Shown here piece by piece: positions 40,785-54,250 of a stretch of 64,000 nucleotides of DNA. Both the position numbers and the translations under genes were made by a program. Position 1 is the first letter of the stretch; each line of letters starts with the position of its first letter. A model generated the notes under the pieces. That model was not told where the DNA came from. It saw only the letters and a program-made list of their open reading frames with translations, and ran no database searches. This DNA is from Chrysomallon squamiferum. Its lineage: Eukaryota > Animalia > Mollusca. Location of the stretch: the NCBI GenBank assembly GCA_012295275.1, contig CM022666.1:11408001-11472000 (forward strand), given 5' to 3'.

Positions 40785-42071
40785 CGGGTTTGCAGACTTA
40801 CGTCATTTGCTGTTTACTAATCTGTTAAGTTACCTGAGAAATACCTCTGATAACACTGTGAAGTTTATACACTTCAAAAGAAGTTATCGATTGTATAAAC
40901 TTACTAATTAAAATTTTAATAAAAATAATTATACTGCTGCATATAAACTTAAAAAGCCCCAACTAACTAAAGAAGGAAAGAAAGAGAAAATTAAATTTTA
41001 AAAAACGTCAGTTAATGCAAGCTAATAGAAATCTTGCTTGGGAACTAAACATATAATTTACAAACAAGAGCAAAATGGTGGAAAGGCTACGTCGATGGTA
41101 ATAATAACGGAGTATCTAAGAAACAGAACCAGTCACATCCATAAATCGCGAATGAAACGTAGATAATAATACTGTTTAACATGTCAACTAACACATTTAT
41201 TCATCACACAGATATTTATGTTTGTCTGCGGTCGGATTGTACTTTTAATCAGATGCACGATCGATATTCTTCGAAGAGTAACGGAGGCGCTAATCCAAAC
41301 TCATATCTGTCAATTGGCTTCAAGAATCAGATTTCACACGAAAACATGCGGGAAGAAATTTCCGTGTTGCGTTTACTTCGGTGGTCTGACCAAGTTAATG
41401 TGACAGAAACGTCTTGAGCAGTCGCTGCTTTGTGCAGTTGTGACAAAGTACGAACGAATTAAGCCCACCGAGCTGTGAATAAAAATTCATGAAATTCTCC
41501 AGACAGATAATTTCAACTGTCCCTTTATAGGTTTCAGTGAATCTTGTTTCTTTTTACTTGTGATAACAAATAACCCTTTCAGATTTATTTATTTTCTCTT
41601 TTGATGATATAAAAATAAAATATTGATTACGAATACAGATTCTAACCTTTTAAAATAAGGAAGCGTGGGAATTTATCGGGAATTGAACAAATTTCATTCA
41701 GCAGTTCTCTTTTCTGATGTTAGGACTGTTAGACTCAACTTCACATGGTTTTGTTTGGTTCTGCGCATGCTCCTGCTAAGAGCTCGCGAGGCGCACGCGA
41801 ATACACCAGTGAGGGAGAAAAACTTGACACTCTTTGATGAATAGTAACAATGTTTGAAACAAGATCGCAATCCCATCGCGTGCCAAAAGTACGAGGTTGC
41901 TTTCTGAGCAGACGGGTTCCGGCTTCTTCGAGCAGATACACATACTCAGTCAAAGTAAATATCCTACAACGTGAAAATATTTAGTGCTATTTGGAAAAGA
42001 GAATATTTCACTTCTTCGATTGTCATGAAAATTGCTCGTTTGATTCGCCAGTACCCAGAGGTTTGTGAAGA

Positions 42072-42519
42072 ATGGGGGCATATCAGTTAGGTGTATCTTT
42101 GGCGCTGTGTGCAGCAGTGTGTACCGTTATCATTATTCTACAAGAATGCGGATGTAGTGTTATAATGAAACAACTAAGTCACAGAGTTATAACAACCAGG
42201 TACGGAAAGGTGCGAGGAATTCTTGTGGAATTTCCAAACAGACATTTACGTCCAGTAGAAGCGTATTTGGGCCTTAGGTACGCAGATCTGGACAATGGAG
42301 GTATGAGATTCATGCCACCGAAAAATCCCATGGAAAAGTGGAGCGGTATTCGCGTGGCTATAAAAAACCCAACAGTGTGCCCACAGAAAACAAAACATGA
42401 AAAGGATTTAAGTCAGTTTCTGCCTGAAGGAAGAGTGACTCACTTAAGGAATATTACTCCATTCTTGAGAGACCAAGATGAAGATTGTTTGACTCTCAAC
42501 TTGTACGTACCAATAAAAG
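42072..42519 (+). CDS. NLGN: Neuroligin (cholinesterase-like adhesion protein), first coding exon only; intron runs beyond the window
   Basis: Signal-peptide-like N-terminus, then RVITTRYGKVRG...VEAYLGLRYA...RFMPP...WSGIR.A...VCPQ...LPEGRVTHLRNITPFLRDQDEDCLTLNLYVP, typical of invertebrate neuroligins. Phase-1 donor AAG|GTAATA at 42519, the position of neuroligin splice site A. No VMVFIHG exon was found downstream. The catalytic region is not visible, so a carboxylesterase cannot be fully excluded. Confidence 0.82.
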
Positions 42520-42525
42520 GTAATA

Positions 42526-42578
<53 letters not shown>
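42526..42578. repeat. (TAT)n microsatellite a few bases downstream of the neuroligin donor
   Basis: Direct inspection; source of the poly-Leu tail of ORF 42072-42602. Confidence 0.95.
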
Positions 42579-44248
42579 GATATTTCTTATTCATTAATGT
42601 GATTGTGTGTGTTTTTGCACCTGTTAATGTTAGAACTTTATAAGTCATAGGTTAAAAAGTCTTCGACATTCATTTAGACGCAGTTATTAACTTCGACTTA
42701 GGCTGTGTAACATCTCATTATTACGCAACAGATGTTTTTGTTGTATATGCATATACGTACGTTTGGAAATCTTAATGTCTAGGAAGCAGAGCCAGCAGTT
42801 TTTTAAAATCTGTTATTTTTAACTATAAATAGACTCCAAACAGCGACTATTAAAAGTGATTATTAGAAGCCTGACAACTGTAACCGAGTTCAGTTTTTAT
42901 TAGTCCGCTGTGACGTCCTGTACTCAACTGTTACCAGAAAAACACGTCACCCGAATAATAAGTTTTCTATTTATAAAAATAAATACTTAGTTTTGTTTTG
43001 TAATTTGACTAAAATAAATATATTTTAAAATGTTCTGTATTTTTTTTTTTTTTTTTTTTAAACTGGATAATGATAGCTGTTTACTTAGTGTCAAAATGAG
43101 GTAACTAATGTCAGTCACGTTTTTTCTCAAAATCATTTTAGTGGAAATAATTATTTATTTTCATTGTTCAGCCTTTCAGCATTAAAGTGTGAACATTTTT
43201 TATTTAATATTCTGCTTCTGAGAAATGGTAGACGCACCAACACACACAGAATATTTTATGATTTTTGTGTTTAAATCTGAACTCGACAGTTTTGGCTGAG
43301 TGTTCACCTCTCTGTCTGATATTTGGGCACAGCTGTTATCAGTCAGTTCTTTAAACCGTCATAAAATACATGTGTAAATCATCATTTTTTTCTTCAGATT
43401 TGTTCATACTTCGTATAATTTGAACTTGAAGAGAATGTTAATTAATCAGAAAGGTTAAAACTAAGATAAAGAATTTGCAAGCAAAACGCAGAAACACTGA
43501 AAAAACACTGTTTAATAACGATAATTTATTTCAACATTTACACTCTCATTAATTAATGATTATTTAAATAAATATGACCTTGAAGTTGATTGGCTGAACT
43601 CTTGAGGAAGGAGAAATATTTACAGAAACAAGTTTGTTTACAACATCAGCTGTAGTTAGTGTAACTTTGTCTACGAGTCAGACGCAGGTAATGTATTCTT
43701 TGCCACAAATTGCGAAAAAATGTCGGGCATTTTCTCCAGTAAATCTAAGTTCTGAGTCTTATCGCGATACATTTCAAGATAGCAGCCTCTAAGACAGTTT
43801 GTGAAAATAAGTGTGATAAAGCAGAGTTCTATTTTATACTGGTTGTGTATAATGGCCGAACGCGGACACTGTGTATTTCTATAGATAGCACTTTAAAGTA
43901 TTTTATAAATCGTTTATATTATTTAGGCATTTCTTATATTCGAATACTGAAATAAAGTAAACAGAATAAGCGGCAGCAGAAACACCAGTTCTACAGCTCT
44001 GCTAATAATGATAAGACAACAACAATAAAACTACAACAACAGTACTGTTGTTATTAAACTCATCAGTTCAGACATTAAACATCACAGAAAAATATACGTA
44101 TTTATAATTATACTAAAACTATTTAATCCTAAAAATATATTTTTTAAAATATAACTTCTTTTTTTTCATGTATTTATTTTTTAACCTGTTAATAAGGGAC
44201 TTCGTATATTTTGTTTAGAAGCCCCAATTCTCAAATAACAACAACAGC

Positions 44249-44316
<68 letters not shown>

Positions 44317-44322
44317 CAACAA
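44249..44322. repeat. (AAT)n microsatellite
   Basis: Direct inspection. Confidence 0.95.
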
Positions 44323-44858
44323 TTAAATAAATAAATAAATAAATCATATTTATTTTTGCAAAGCCGAAAATGACACAGTCAGCTAAAAAGTTAGACGTTT
44401 CATTTTCTAGCGATGTGTATAATATAAACATAAAAATCATACTAACGTTTTTTTAATTATTATTTTTATTTTTTAGTAGCTTTCAACTATAATTATTTGG
44501 TAATTGTATATGTATTTTATTCAAAGAATCCTTTCAATATTTGTTACAAATATACAGGGATGAACTACAATTTACTCATTTTACACCAAACAAACAACAA
44601 AAGTAAAATAAATAAAATTAAAATATAACATTGCTTTATAACACTTTATAACAAAGAAGTATAGAAAACACACACACACACATACACATTCAATATGACA
44701 CACACACACACACACACACAAACGTACAAGCAGACAAATATATACTTGTATAGATGTATGTACCTTTATTGCAAAAAGAGACAGTAATTAAATACATTGT
44801 CTATTGTGAAGCAGTGGCCAAATTGTGCATATTCAGCTTCGATGAAATAAAAATGATC

Positions 44859-44921
44859 TGTGTGTGTGTGTGTGTGTGCGTGCGTGTGTGTGTGTGTGTG
44901 TGTGTGTGCGTGTGTGTGTGT
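44859..44921. repeat. (GT)n microsatellite
   Basis: Direct inspection. Confidence 0.95.
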
Positions 44922-47900
44922 TCACGTTGCGCTGACTTCGACGTTCACCTAAATGAACTCTTCGTGAAGCATACTGTGCGAGGAACAAACATCTCGAGGC
45001 GAATGGTAAACGCATTAAAACATTCGCGCACACGACCGATCGTGAGCGGGAACCTACATAGGAAATCAATCAGACTGTGAAACAGATAAAGTCTGGTCTT
45101 CCAACCGAAACACAGACATTTCTGCAGAACGAAGTTTATTTCTTTTGTCGATTACACGGCATCACAAAGACACATTTTCCCTGTCATGTGAAGTCTCCAG
45201 TCTCCACTGAATTTACTTAATGTCAAAAACTGCGCTGCAGGCACGAGTTCACTTCAAAAGTGAGCGAAAGCTTGGATACAGACAATAAAAAAGATCAAGA
45301 GTACAAACAATAAGCAAACATTTACACACGAACGCACGTGCACACACATTAGCTAAATATGAATAAAAAAGTCTCCTGTTTATAAAATTATCTTCATCAG
45401 CAAGTAGATGCATGTAATTCACAAATCATAAACAAATATATCATTAAAAACAAAAACATCAAACACAAATATACAAAATGTATAAAAAGAATAATTAAAA
45501 AATCGATAACAGTAAGCGTTCATAGATGTACATACGTTTCCATTGACATTACCTGTTTTATATTTCTTTATATGCTCTTTGTGTCCGTGTGTGTGTTCAG
45601 CCTATAGGGAAATACAAAAACAGGTAATATACATGAACACAGTTCCCACTATGTTTCTATTTTATTCTTGATGAGCAGATTATCGTCATGTTCGTTGCAT
45701 TAACTAGTATAGTGTGACACAGCCTCCTGAACACTGACAGTTTAAGTCGTACAAAGACATCGATTTACATTATCTATTGTCTTAATATTTACTTTAGCTA
45801 CAGATCGTGGTCTCGTGTTATGTTTCACGCTGTCCGTGTTTGCTTAATATTGTCCATGTTTGTCAATGTGTTCATGTTATGATACACGGTCCCTAGCGGC
45901 AATACAAGAACTTTTCAATACTCTGCTTGTAGTCACTGATGAGCTGTAGAAAATGTAATAAAATTCTGCTGCTTAGAAATCATATCAAGTAATTGCGATA
46001 GAAAACAGCGTTATGTAGTTTTCCTAAAGTCAAGTATGATGATTAAAAATGGGGGGTAAAGTTACTTTTTGTTAGACATCAATATACAATTTTAAAGCGT
46101 GATTTTGCTGAAAATGTTACGAGAGAATGTGAATAGCGTGAAAACTCTGTTTCTTTAGTAATCGTATCAGCTGAATTGTCCAAATCACAAAATGAATAAT
46201 TCTGATCGCAACTCTGAAAATACCAGTCTATTTAGGAATGGACGATTTCAGCTTTCCCGCCAACACTCCCAGGAGGGAGACCAAGTCTATGTTTGCAGCA
46301 CATCGTATCACGGAATAATTGGCTATGTGAGAGATGCAAAGAGTTCTTGCTTGCGATGCCAAAACGAACATGTCGCGCTGGAACAAGTGTTTGTTCAGGT
46401 TAGCTGTAGTGAGAGAAGTTAACAGTCACGTGCCCTTTCTCGAAAGGAGTTTGTCTTCGCTAATTCGGTTAAAGTTGTCATTATCGTCTGCTGTCACATA
46501 ACATCAATAATTTGCTTTCAGATTTTCTCCGTTTCACAAAATCAAAACCAAAAAAACACATAAAAATGAGCGAAACAAACAAACAAACAAACAAACAAAA
46601 AGTTAATGAGTTATTTTTTATTATTGTTTTTTAAGATGTCGTTCTCGCTTTCTTGTCAGTTCCTTCTCATGTTTCAGTAAACTTTTTGATTAGAGAAATA
46701 GAGTTTTCTCTGTAGTTATTGAACTCCTTTTCTTCCTTTCTTTCTTTTCTTCATTTTTTTTTCCTTATTTATTTATTTATTTTATCTATTTTTATACAAC
46801 ACTTTGAATTTATAAATACTCATTAAGATACAGATCTGACTTCTAATTATGTGTGGGGCTTAATGAATGAAAACGTTTATTTTATATATTTTTTTAACCT
46901 TTGCATCAATGCGGGTTTTCAGTATAACCCTTCCCGAAGTCTGTACACCACGACTGTGTCATTATGTCAGCACTATGACGAGAAATAGCCCAGTGGGCCC
47001 ATCCAAAGTAAAGTGTTCAGTAGGCGAGTGTTTTTCTCAGAGCTATGCCTCCAAACATGGGGCCAAGGCAGCATCTTAATGTGTTTTTTAAATGAAATTA
47101 CGTGTCGAGGCCGGCTACTGGGTGCGGGTAATGTTTCGCTATCTTCCTGTTGATTCACGTTAGCGTACAAATAAGATAGCTTGTTTAGAGAAAAACTTTC
47201 TAAAACTGCATTATACTGGAGCCGATTTCGGTATGAAATAAAAAAATTCTATTGTCTTCCTGCAAGTAAGACTAGACTATTTGATTGGTTTCTGCATCTT
47301 GACAAAACAGTTTGCAAAGCAGACGATATTGATTCGTGAGGTTTGTGAACTCCCGAAGCCATTTGTTCATGGACGGATTCATGAAATGCTGTTTCAGTGT
47401 CAAATGGTGAAATTTATGAATGTTCAATACTCGAGACAAGTCAAACTACCAGGAGCGACTCGGCGCCATAAATGTTTAGAATAATTCTTTTCTGCAGAAG
47501 AATAGTTTTCTTGCCGAAGTTAATATTTTTGTAGATACTTTTTACTTCTATGACTTCTCTGTCATAGAAATAAATCAGATACAATAATAACTTTATATAA
47601 AAATCAAACTGAAAAAACCGGGAGAAGAATATGCAACAAAGGAGAAATAAAATAATTATTTTAAAGAAAAAAAAAGTCTATTACAGATTTGCCCCAAAAC
47701 TGAGAAATCCGAAAACAATGTGTACACTAACCATATATTTCACATTTCATTCCATTTATAAATATTTATGATTAAGATTTAAATGTTTATTTCTATAACA
47801 GTCAAAACATAATGTTCTGTACTGATTTCTTGTTTTCATTTCCTAACAATAATTTACGCTTGTCATCTACATAACAAATCCTATTATAACAATGACACAC

Positions 47901-48332
47901 TTTGGGATTTGATTGCCAGCTCGTTATTGATTCTCTGTTGCTACAAATAGAGCAATCATAAATATCGTTTGCAATCTATACTTCAAAATCGAATCATGTA
48001 ATAACTAAAATAAATCTATTTTGGCCTGCTATCCTGAAAAACCTCATGATTTTTTTACTTTAAATTTTAGTATATGTTTTTTCTTTCCAGTAATTCATAT
48101 TTAAAAGCCATTAATTAAGCTATCTTGTTAACGTATTCAGTTGTTTTCATTGAGGAAATTTCAATTAGGTTGTCTGTTTCAGAAATAAATGACAGCCATT
48201 TAACTGTTCTTTATTGTCAATTGCCTTAAATGAGTAATGGAGCAGCTGACTGGAATGGTATAAATAACCCAAGCACATTTAAGCCTCTAAGATCAACACG
48301 TTATTGTGTCTCTAGTACTAACAGACAGAAAA

Positions 48333-49451
48333 CAGCAGTACCAACTAAATATGACCCTGGATAGTCTGTCTCTGCAGTACCAACTAGATATAACACAGGT
48401 TCGTGTGTCACAGCAGTACTAACTAGATATAGCACTGGATAGTGTGTTACAGAATTACTAACTAGATAGAACACAGGTTAGTCTGTCACAGCAGTACTAA
48501 CTAGATATAGCACCGGATAGTGTGTTACAGAATTACTAACTAGATAGAACACAGGTTAGCCTGTCACAGAACTACCAACTAGATAGAACACAGGTTAGTA
48601 TGTCACAGCAGTACTAACTAGATATAGCACTGGCTAGTGTGTCACAGCAGTACTAACTAGATATAACACAGGTTAGTCTGTCACAGCAGTACCAACTAGA
48701 TATAACACAGGTTAGTCTGTCACAGCAGTACTAACTAGATATAACACAGGTTAGTGTGTCACAGCAGTACTAACTAGATATAACACAGGTTAGTGTGTCA
48801 CAGCAGTACTAACTAGATATAACACAGGTTAGTGTGTCACAGCAGTACTAACTAGATATAACACAGGTTAGTGTGTCACAGCAGTACTAACTAGATATAA
48901 CACAGGTTAGTGTGTCACAGCAGTACTAACTAGATATAACACTGGCTAGTGTGTCACAGCAGTACTAACTAGATATAACACAGGTTAGTGTGTCACAGCA
49001 GTACTAACTAGATATAACACAGGTTAGTGTGTCACAGCAGTACTAACTAGATATAACACTGGCTAGTGTGTCACAGCAGTACTAACTAGATATAACACAG
49101 GTTAGTGTGTCACAGCAGTACTAACTAGATAGAACACTGGCTAGTGTGTCACAGCAGTACTAACTAGATATAACACAGGTTAGTGTGTCACAGCAGTACT
49201 AACTAGATATAACACAGGTTAGTGTGTCACAGCAGTACTAACTAGATAGAACACTGGCTAGTGTGTCACAGCAGTACTAACTAGATATAACACAGGTTAG
49301 TATATCACAGCAGTACTAACTAGATATAGCACTGGCTAGTGTGTCACAGCAGTACTAACTAGATATAGCACTGGTTAGTGTGTCACAGCAGTACTAACTA
49401 GATATAACACAGGTTAGTGTGTCACAGCAGTACTAACTAGATAGAACACAG
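48333..49451. repeat. 39-bp minisatellite, ~28.5 copies
   Basis: Unit CAGCAGTACTAACTAGATATAACACAGGTTAGTGTGTCA; more diverged at the 5' end. The consensus unit has stops in all six frames. Confidence 0.97.
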
Positions 49452-52400
49452 TGTAATTAAGAAACTGTGACGATTGATTATAACAGATATATATATTTGC
49501 ATATGCCTCAGATATAAACTATATAGTATATCAAGTATCCACTTTGAACACCAAAACAAAACACAATATTTATATTTCAAAGATAATTATTTAGTTTACA
49601 GATGTATACTTATTATTTAGTGTTTGAGGATGTGGGAGTTGTCGTTAAATGAAATACTATAATTCTTAATTCTTTTAATATTTCCTAACAGTAACAGGTT
49701 ATGTTAGAAATAAATATATAACTCTAACTGTCTATGGAGCCTTTACAGGTTACATCAAATTTATCAACAAATCAAACAGAGCATTCAGAAACAGGATAAC
49801 CATTTGTCCCTGGTTCCGAGTGAATCAAGGATAACGTAAAAAATAGTTACTAACATAGCTGCCTACTAATGGCTGCCAACTGCCCCGTCCCACGCGTTCT
49901 CTGAGTCTTTCTCCTCTTTGTCCTCAGTCGTCTCCCTCGGCTCTCTTGTCTTTTACTTAAATAAACAAGTCAGCAGAGCGTAGCTGGCAAAAATTACTTT
50001 TGTCTCTCGCTAATGATCGTTAATTGTTAGGTGATTTCAGTAATTGCTGTTAACTAACAGTAGATATTTAATTCATACGTACTGTTAGGTATATTTGTAG
50101 AAATGAATGGTAACATTTACTTACTTTAGTGATAGATACATTTAATTATGAGATGTTAAGCTGTATTACAGTAAGCTGTTTAGGTAAATAATAAATATGT
50201 TACCGAGATTTTCAAAAACTTTACCTTAATTACAACAATTATTACAATAAGTAAGAAAATAGCTACCAGCGAATTCTACAAGTAGGTATAACTTAAATTG
50301 CAAACCGTTGGTTAGTAAATAAGTTAGGACCAATTTTCTAACTTAAACACAGAAAACAGTACATCTAAATATCGCTGAGAAAACTTTCCACAGCTTGATC
50401 GAGGCCCTATTAGGGTATGATTAAGGGCCATACTGCGTGAGATAACAATAAACGGTTTACCATCATACTAGTACTAACTAGTGAGAACACTGGTTATGTA
50501 AAATAATGTACAAGACAGAACACTTGCTAGATTGACACAAGATTCTGAATATCGCATTTCCATTTCTTGGATGTCATCACAGTTTGTGATTATTGTGATT
50601 TATGGTTAAAATGTCTGAACGATTTACAAGAGTGGTGCATTCTCTAATATCAAAGACTCCTTAAACTAATGATTACAAGGAAAAAAAGAATGTTACTGAT
50701 GTATGTTTCAGACTATTTTAGATCCGTCTTATTTAGAAAGATTATGTCATCATAATAAAGTTTAAATCATATTAAAATTTATAGTGAAATAGTGAAATGG
50801 TAGAAATAGGGCATGAAAAAGATCTGGGAAACGGAAATGGTGTTTTATTATTGAACTTGTAAATATTTTTAGGAATCTTTTTTGTGTTGTTCTGGCATCA
50901 TTCATATTGATGTATGAAAAAAACAAACATGTTAATATAAATGATAATGATTTTAGTTATTAAAACATTCTGATGACTCAGGTACTACACTGGATGCAGT
51001 CTGTGGCAGACAGCCTGTGGGACTACTTTGTACGCTGCGTTAAGTACTTTGTCATGTTAAGTCATCCCACATATTAGTGCAGGGCATATAATTGTGATAA
51101 AGTCAGTCAACTTGATGTTTATTTGATAACAGCCATGCTGTGATTATTCGTTTAGTTTGGCCTTCTCTTAATGCCGTGTCAATCACTTTGTCCTCGGAGA
51201 ATAGTGGCGGAAATACAACCTTTGCACTCGGTCCCTTTGACGCTGTATTTGATTCACTGATTTGGATTCTATATTCCTTTGTATTTTTTGCATCTGGATG
51301 AAGCGATCCATTGAAAAGATATTTCGTTATCTGTTCCGCTATATTCAGTGGTCATGGCCATAACAGCTGAATAATTGAACACAGCTCTTAGTTTGTAAAC
51401 TGTCATTATCATGAATACAATAAAAATCATGTTCCAGTGCTCAAGTAATTAATTATAATTCCACAGTTTTTCGTCCAGCTTTCATATTAAAATTAATTAT
51501 TTTTTCTTTAACGCCATTTTTTATTTTTTATTTATTTATTTATTTTTTAATGTTTACTGTGAAAAAGTTTATTGTGTAGTGGGTGAAAAGTTATTTATGT
51601 TTGGTGTAATATCTTTAACTATCTGACTGGAGAGCGAGCGAGCAAAATATGTGAAAACAGCTGGAAGAATGAAAATCATAATTTGTCTTTATAGTGAAAT
51701 ATTTCTTTAAAATCAGAAATTTGTTTGTTTAGAATTTAGGTTACAGTCTTCACTAACTCTTACACAAAATTGATTTAATAACCATTTTTGGACCGTTATC
51801 TTTATTTAAAATCTGTGAAGAAAATTATTCTCCATTATGTCTACAGCCACATTACAGGGAATGTCTGTAAGAAAAGACAGGAAAGAATGGACTGCAGACA
51901 TTATGATTTATGAAGGTATCTGTTTTCTTTTTACATCAGTCTACTACTGACCAGTAATTATTTCTAAAGTCTGTTTCTTGTAAGAAAACGTCCTTTACTA
52001 AATTTTTATATACAGTTATCCTTTTATCCACATTTATTGTTAAGCTTGCGTTTGTCAACATTAAGAAATATTGTTTCCCTGAGATTAATTTTAGTATCAA
52101 ATATCGATCACTTATATACATTCGATCGAGTATAAATTGAATAAAAACAATATATGTTTGCATAAAAATTGAAATGAAAAAAGGCCCAAATTAACATGGC
52201 TTTAAGAAGTTGTCTTCATTTGAAACATGAAATATAATTAGTAAAATTAATGACTTGTTTAAGTGTAATTTGAAACAGGCCATTTCAATATTTTGCAGTT
52301 GTTTTTATTTTGAAAATTACATAATCTGAAAGGTTTCTAAATCAAAACATACGATGAAGCATATATACACAAAACAAATAACATTGTAATATCTTTTTAA

Positions 52401-52760
52401 ACATTAATAAAGCGAAAAAAACTTACATATATAAAATATAAATAAATAAAATTAATAAATAATTATAGAAAAATAATTAACAAATAAATAGAGAAACGTA
52501 TGAAAGAGGCAACCTAACAAAGTATAAATCAGTAACGAAACAAGCAATGGAATTCATCATTGGTATTAAAACTAAGAAAACTAAAATAATTTCTGTCATT
52601 TAAGCATATATCTATATTATTTATATTATTTATATATTTCGTCGTCATTTACAGTTTGTACAGTATACAGCATTAATAATATATATCATTTACATTATGT
52701 ACAATTTGAGCTTTTACAGTATGTACTGTATATAATATTCTGATACCTAACATACAGCAT

Positions 52761-54035
52761 TTACAGACTACAATTTACAGCATTCTAGTGTTCAGTGTAG
52801 AACATTGTTACAGACTGCAATGTACAGCATTCTAGTGTTCAGTATAGAACATTGTTACAGACTACAGTGTACAGCATTCTAGTGTTCAGTGTAGAACATT
52901 GTTACAGACTACAATGTACAGCATTCTAGTGTTCAGTGCAGAACATTGTTACAGACTACAGTGTACAGCATTCTAGTGTTCAGTGGAGAACATTGTTACA
53001 GACTACAGTGTACAGCATTCTAGTGTTCAGTGTAGAACATTGTTACAGACTGCAATGTACAGCATTCTAGTGTTCAGTGTAGAACATTGTTACAGACTGC
53101 AATGTACAGCATTCTAGTGTTCAGTGTAGAACATTGTTACAGACTGCAATGTACAGCATTCTAGTGTTCAGTGTAGAACATTGTTACAGACTGCAATGTA
53201 CAGCATTCTAGTGTTCAGTGTAGAACATTGTTACAGACTGCAATGTACAGCATTCTAGTGTTCAGTGTAGAACATTGTTACAGACTGCAATGTACAGCAT
53301 TCTAGTGTTCAGTGTAGAACATTGTTACAGACTACAGTGTACAGCATTCTAGTGTTCAGTGTAGAACATTGCTACAGACTACAATGTACAGCATTCTAGT
53401 GTTCAGTATAGAACATTGTTACAGACTGCAATGTACAGCATTCTAGTGTTCAGTATAGAACATTGTTACAGACTACAATGTACAGCATTCTAGTGCTCAG
53501 TATAGAACGTTGTTACAGACTACAATGTACAGCATTCTAGTGCGCAGTGTAGAACGTCGTTACAGACTACAATGTACAGCATTCTAGTGTTCATTGTAGA
53601 ACATTGTTACAGACTACAATGTACAGCATTCTAGTGCTCAGTATAGAACGTTGTTACAGACTACAATGTACAGCATTCTAGTGCGCAGTGTAGAACGTTG
53701 TTACAGACTACAATGTACAGCATTCTAGTGTTCAGTGTAGAACGTTGTTACAGACTACAATGTACAGCATTCTAGTGCGTAGTGTAGAACATTGTTACAG
53801 ACTACAATGTACAGCATTCTAGTGTTCATTGTAGAACATTGTTACAGACTACAATGTACAGCATTCTAGTGCTCAGTATAGAACGTTGTTACAGACTACA
53901 ATGTACAGCATTCTAGTGCGCAGTGTAGAACGTTGTTACAGACTACAATGTACAGCATTCTAGTGTTCAGTGTAGAACGTTGTTACAGACTACAATGTAC
54001 AGCATTCTAGTGCGTAGTGTAGAACGTTGTTACAG
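52761..54035. repeat. 47-bp minisatellite, ~27 copies
   Basis: Unit TTACAGACTACAATGTACAGCATTCTAGTGTTCAGTGTAGAACATTG. Confidence 0.97.
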
Positions 54036-54117
54036 TGAAAATAGGTCAGAATTGAAAAACCAGAATGTCGGTTTGACAGCTACTGTTCTGATATATATCT
54101 ATATCTATCTACCTTCA

Positions 54118-54250
54118 CACATACATACATACATGCATACATACATACATACATACATACATACATACATACATACATACATACATACATACATACATAC
54201 ATAGATACTTACATATATACATACATACACACATACATATATACATACAA
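54118..54250. repeat. (ACAT)n microsatellite
   Basis: Direct inspection. Confidence 0.95.

Noticed and set aside
47546-47569. Small hairpin TTCTATGAC/GTCATAGAA (and CGACACAGC/GCTGTGTCG at 58261-58290)
   Set aside because: 9-bp stems are expected occasionally by chance in 64 kb; no other support.
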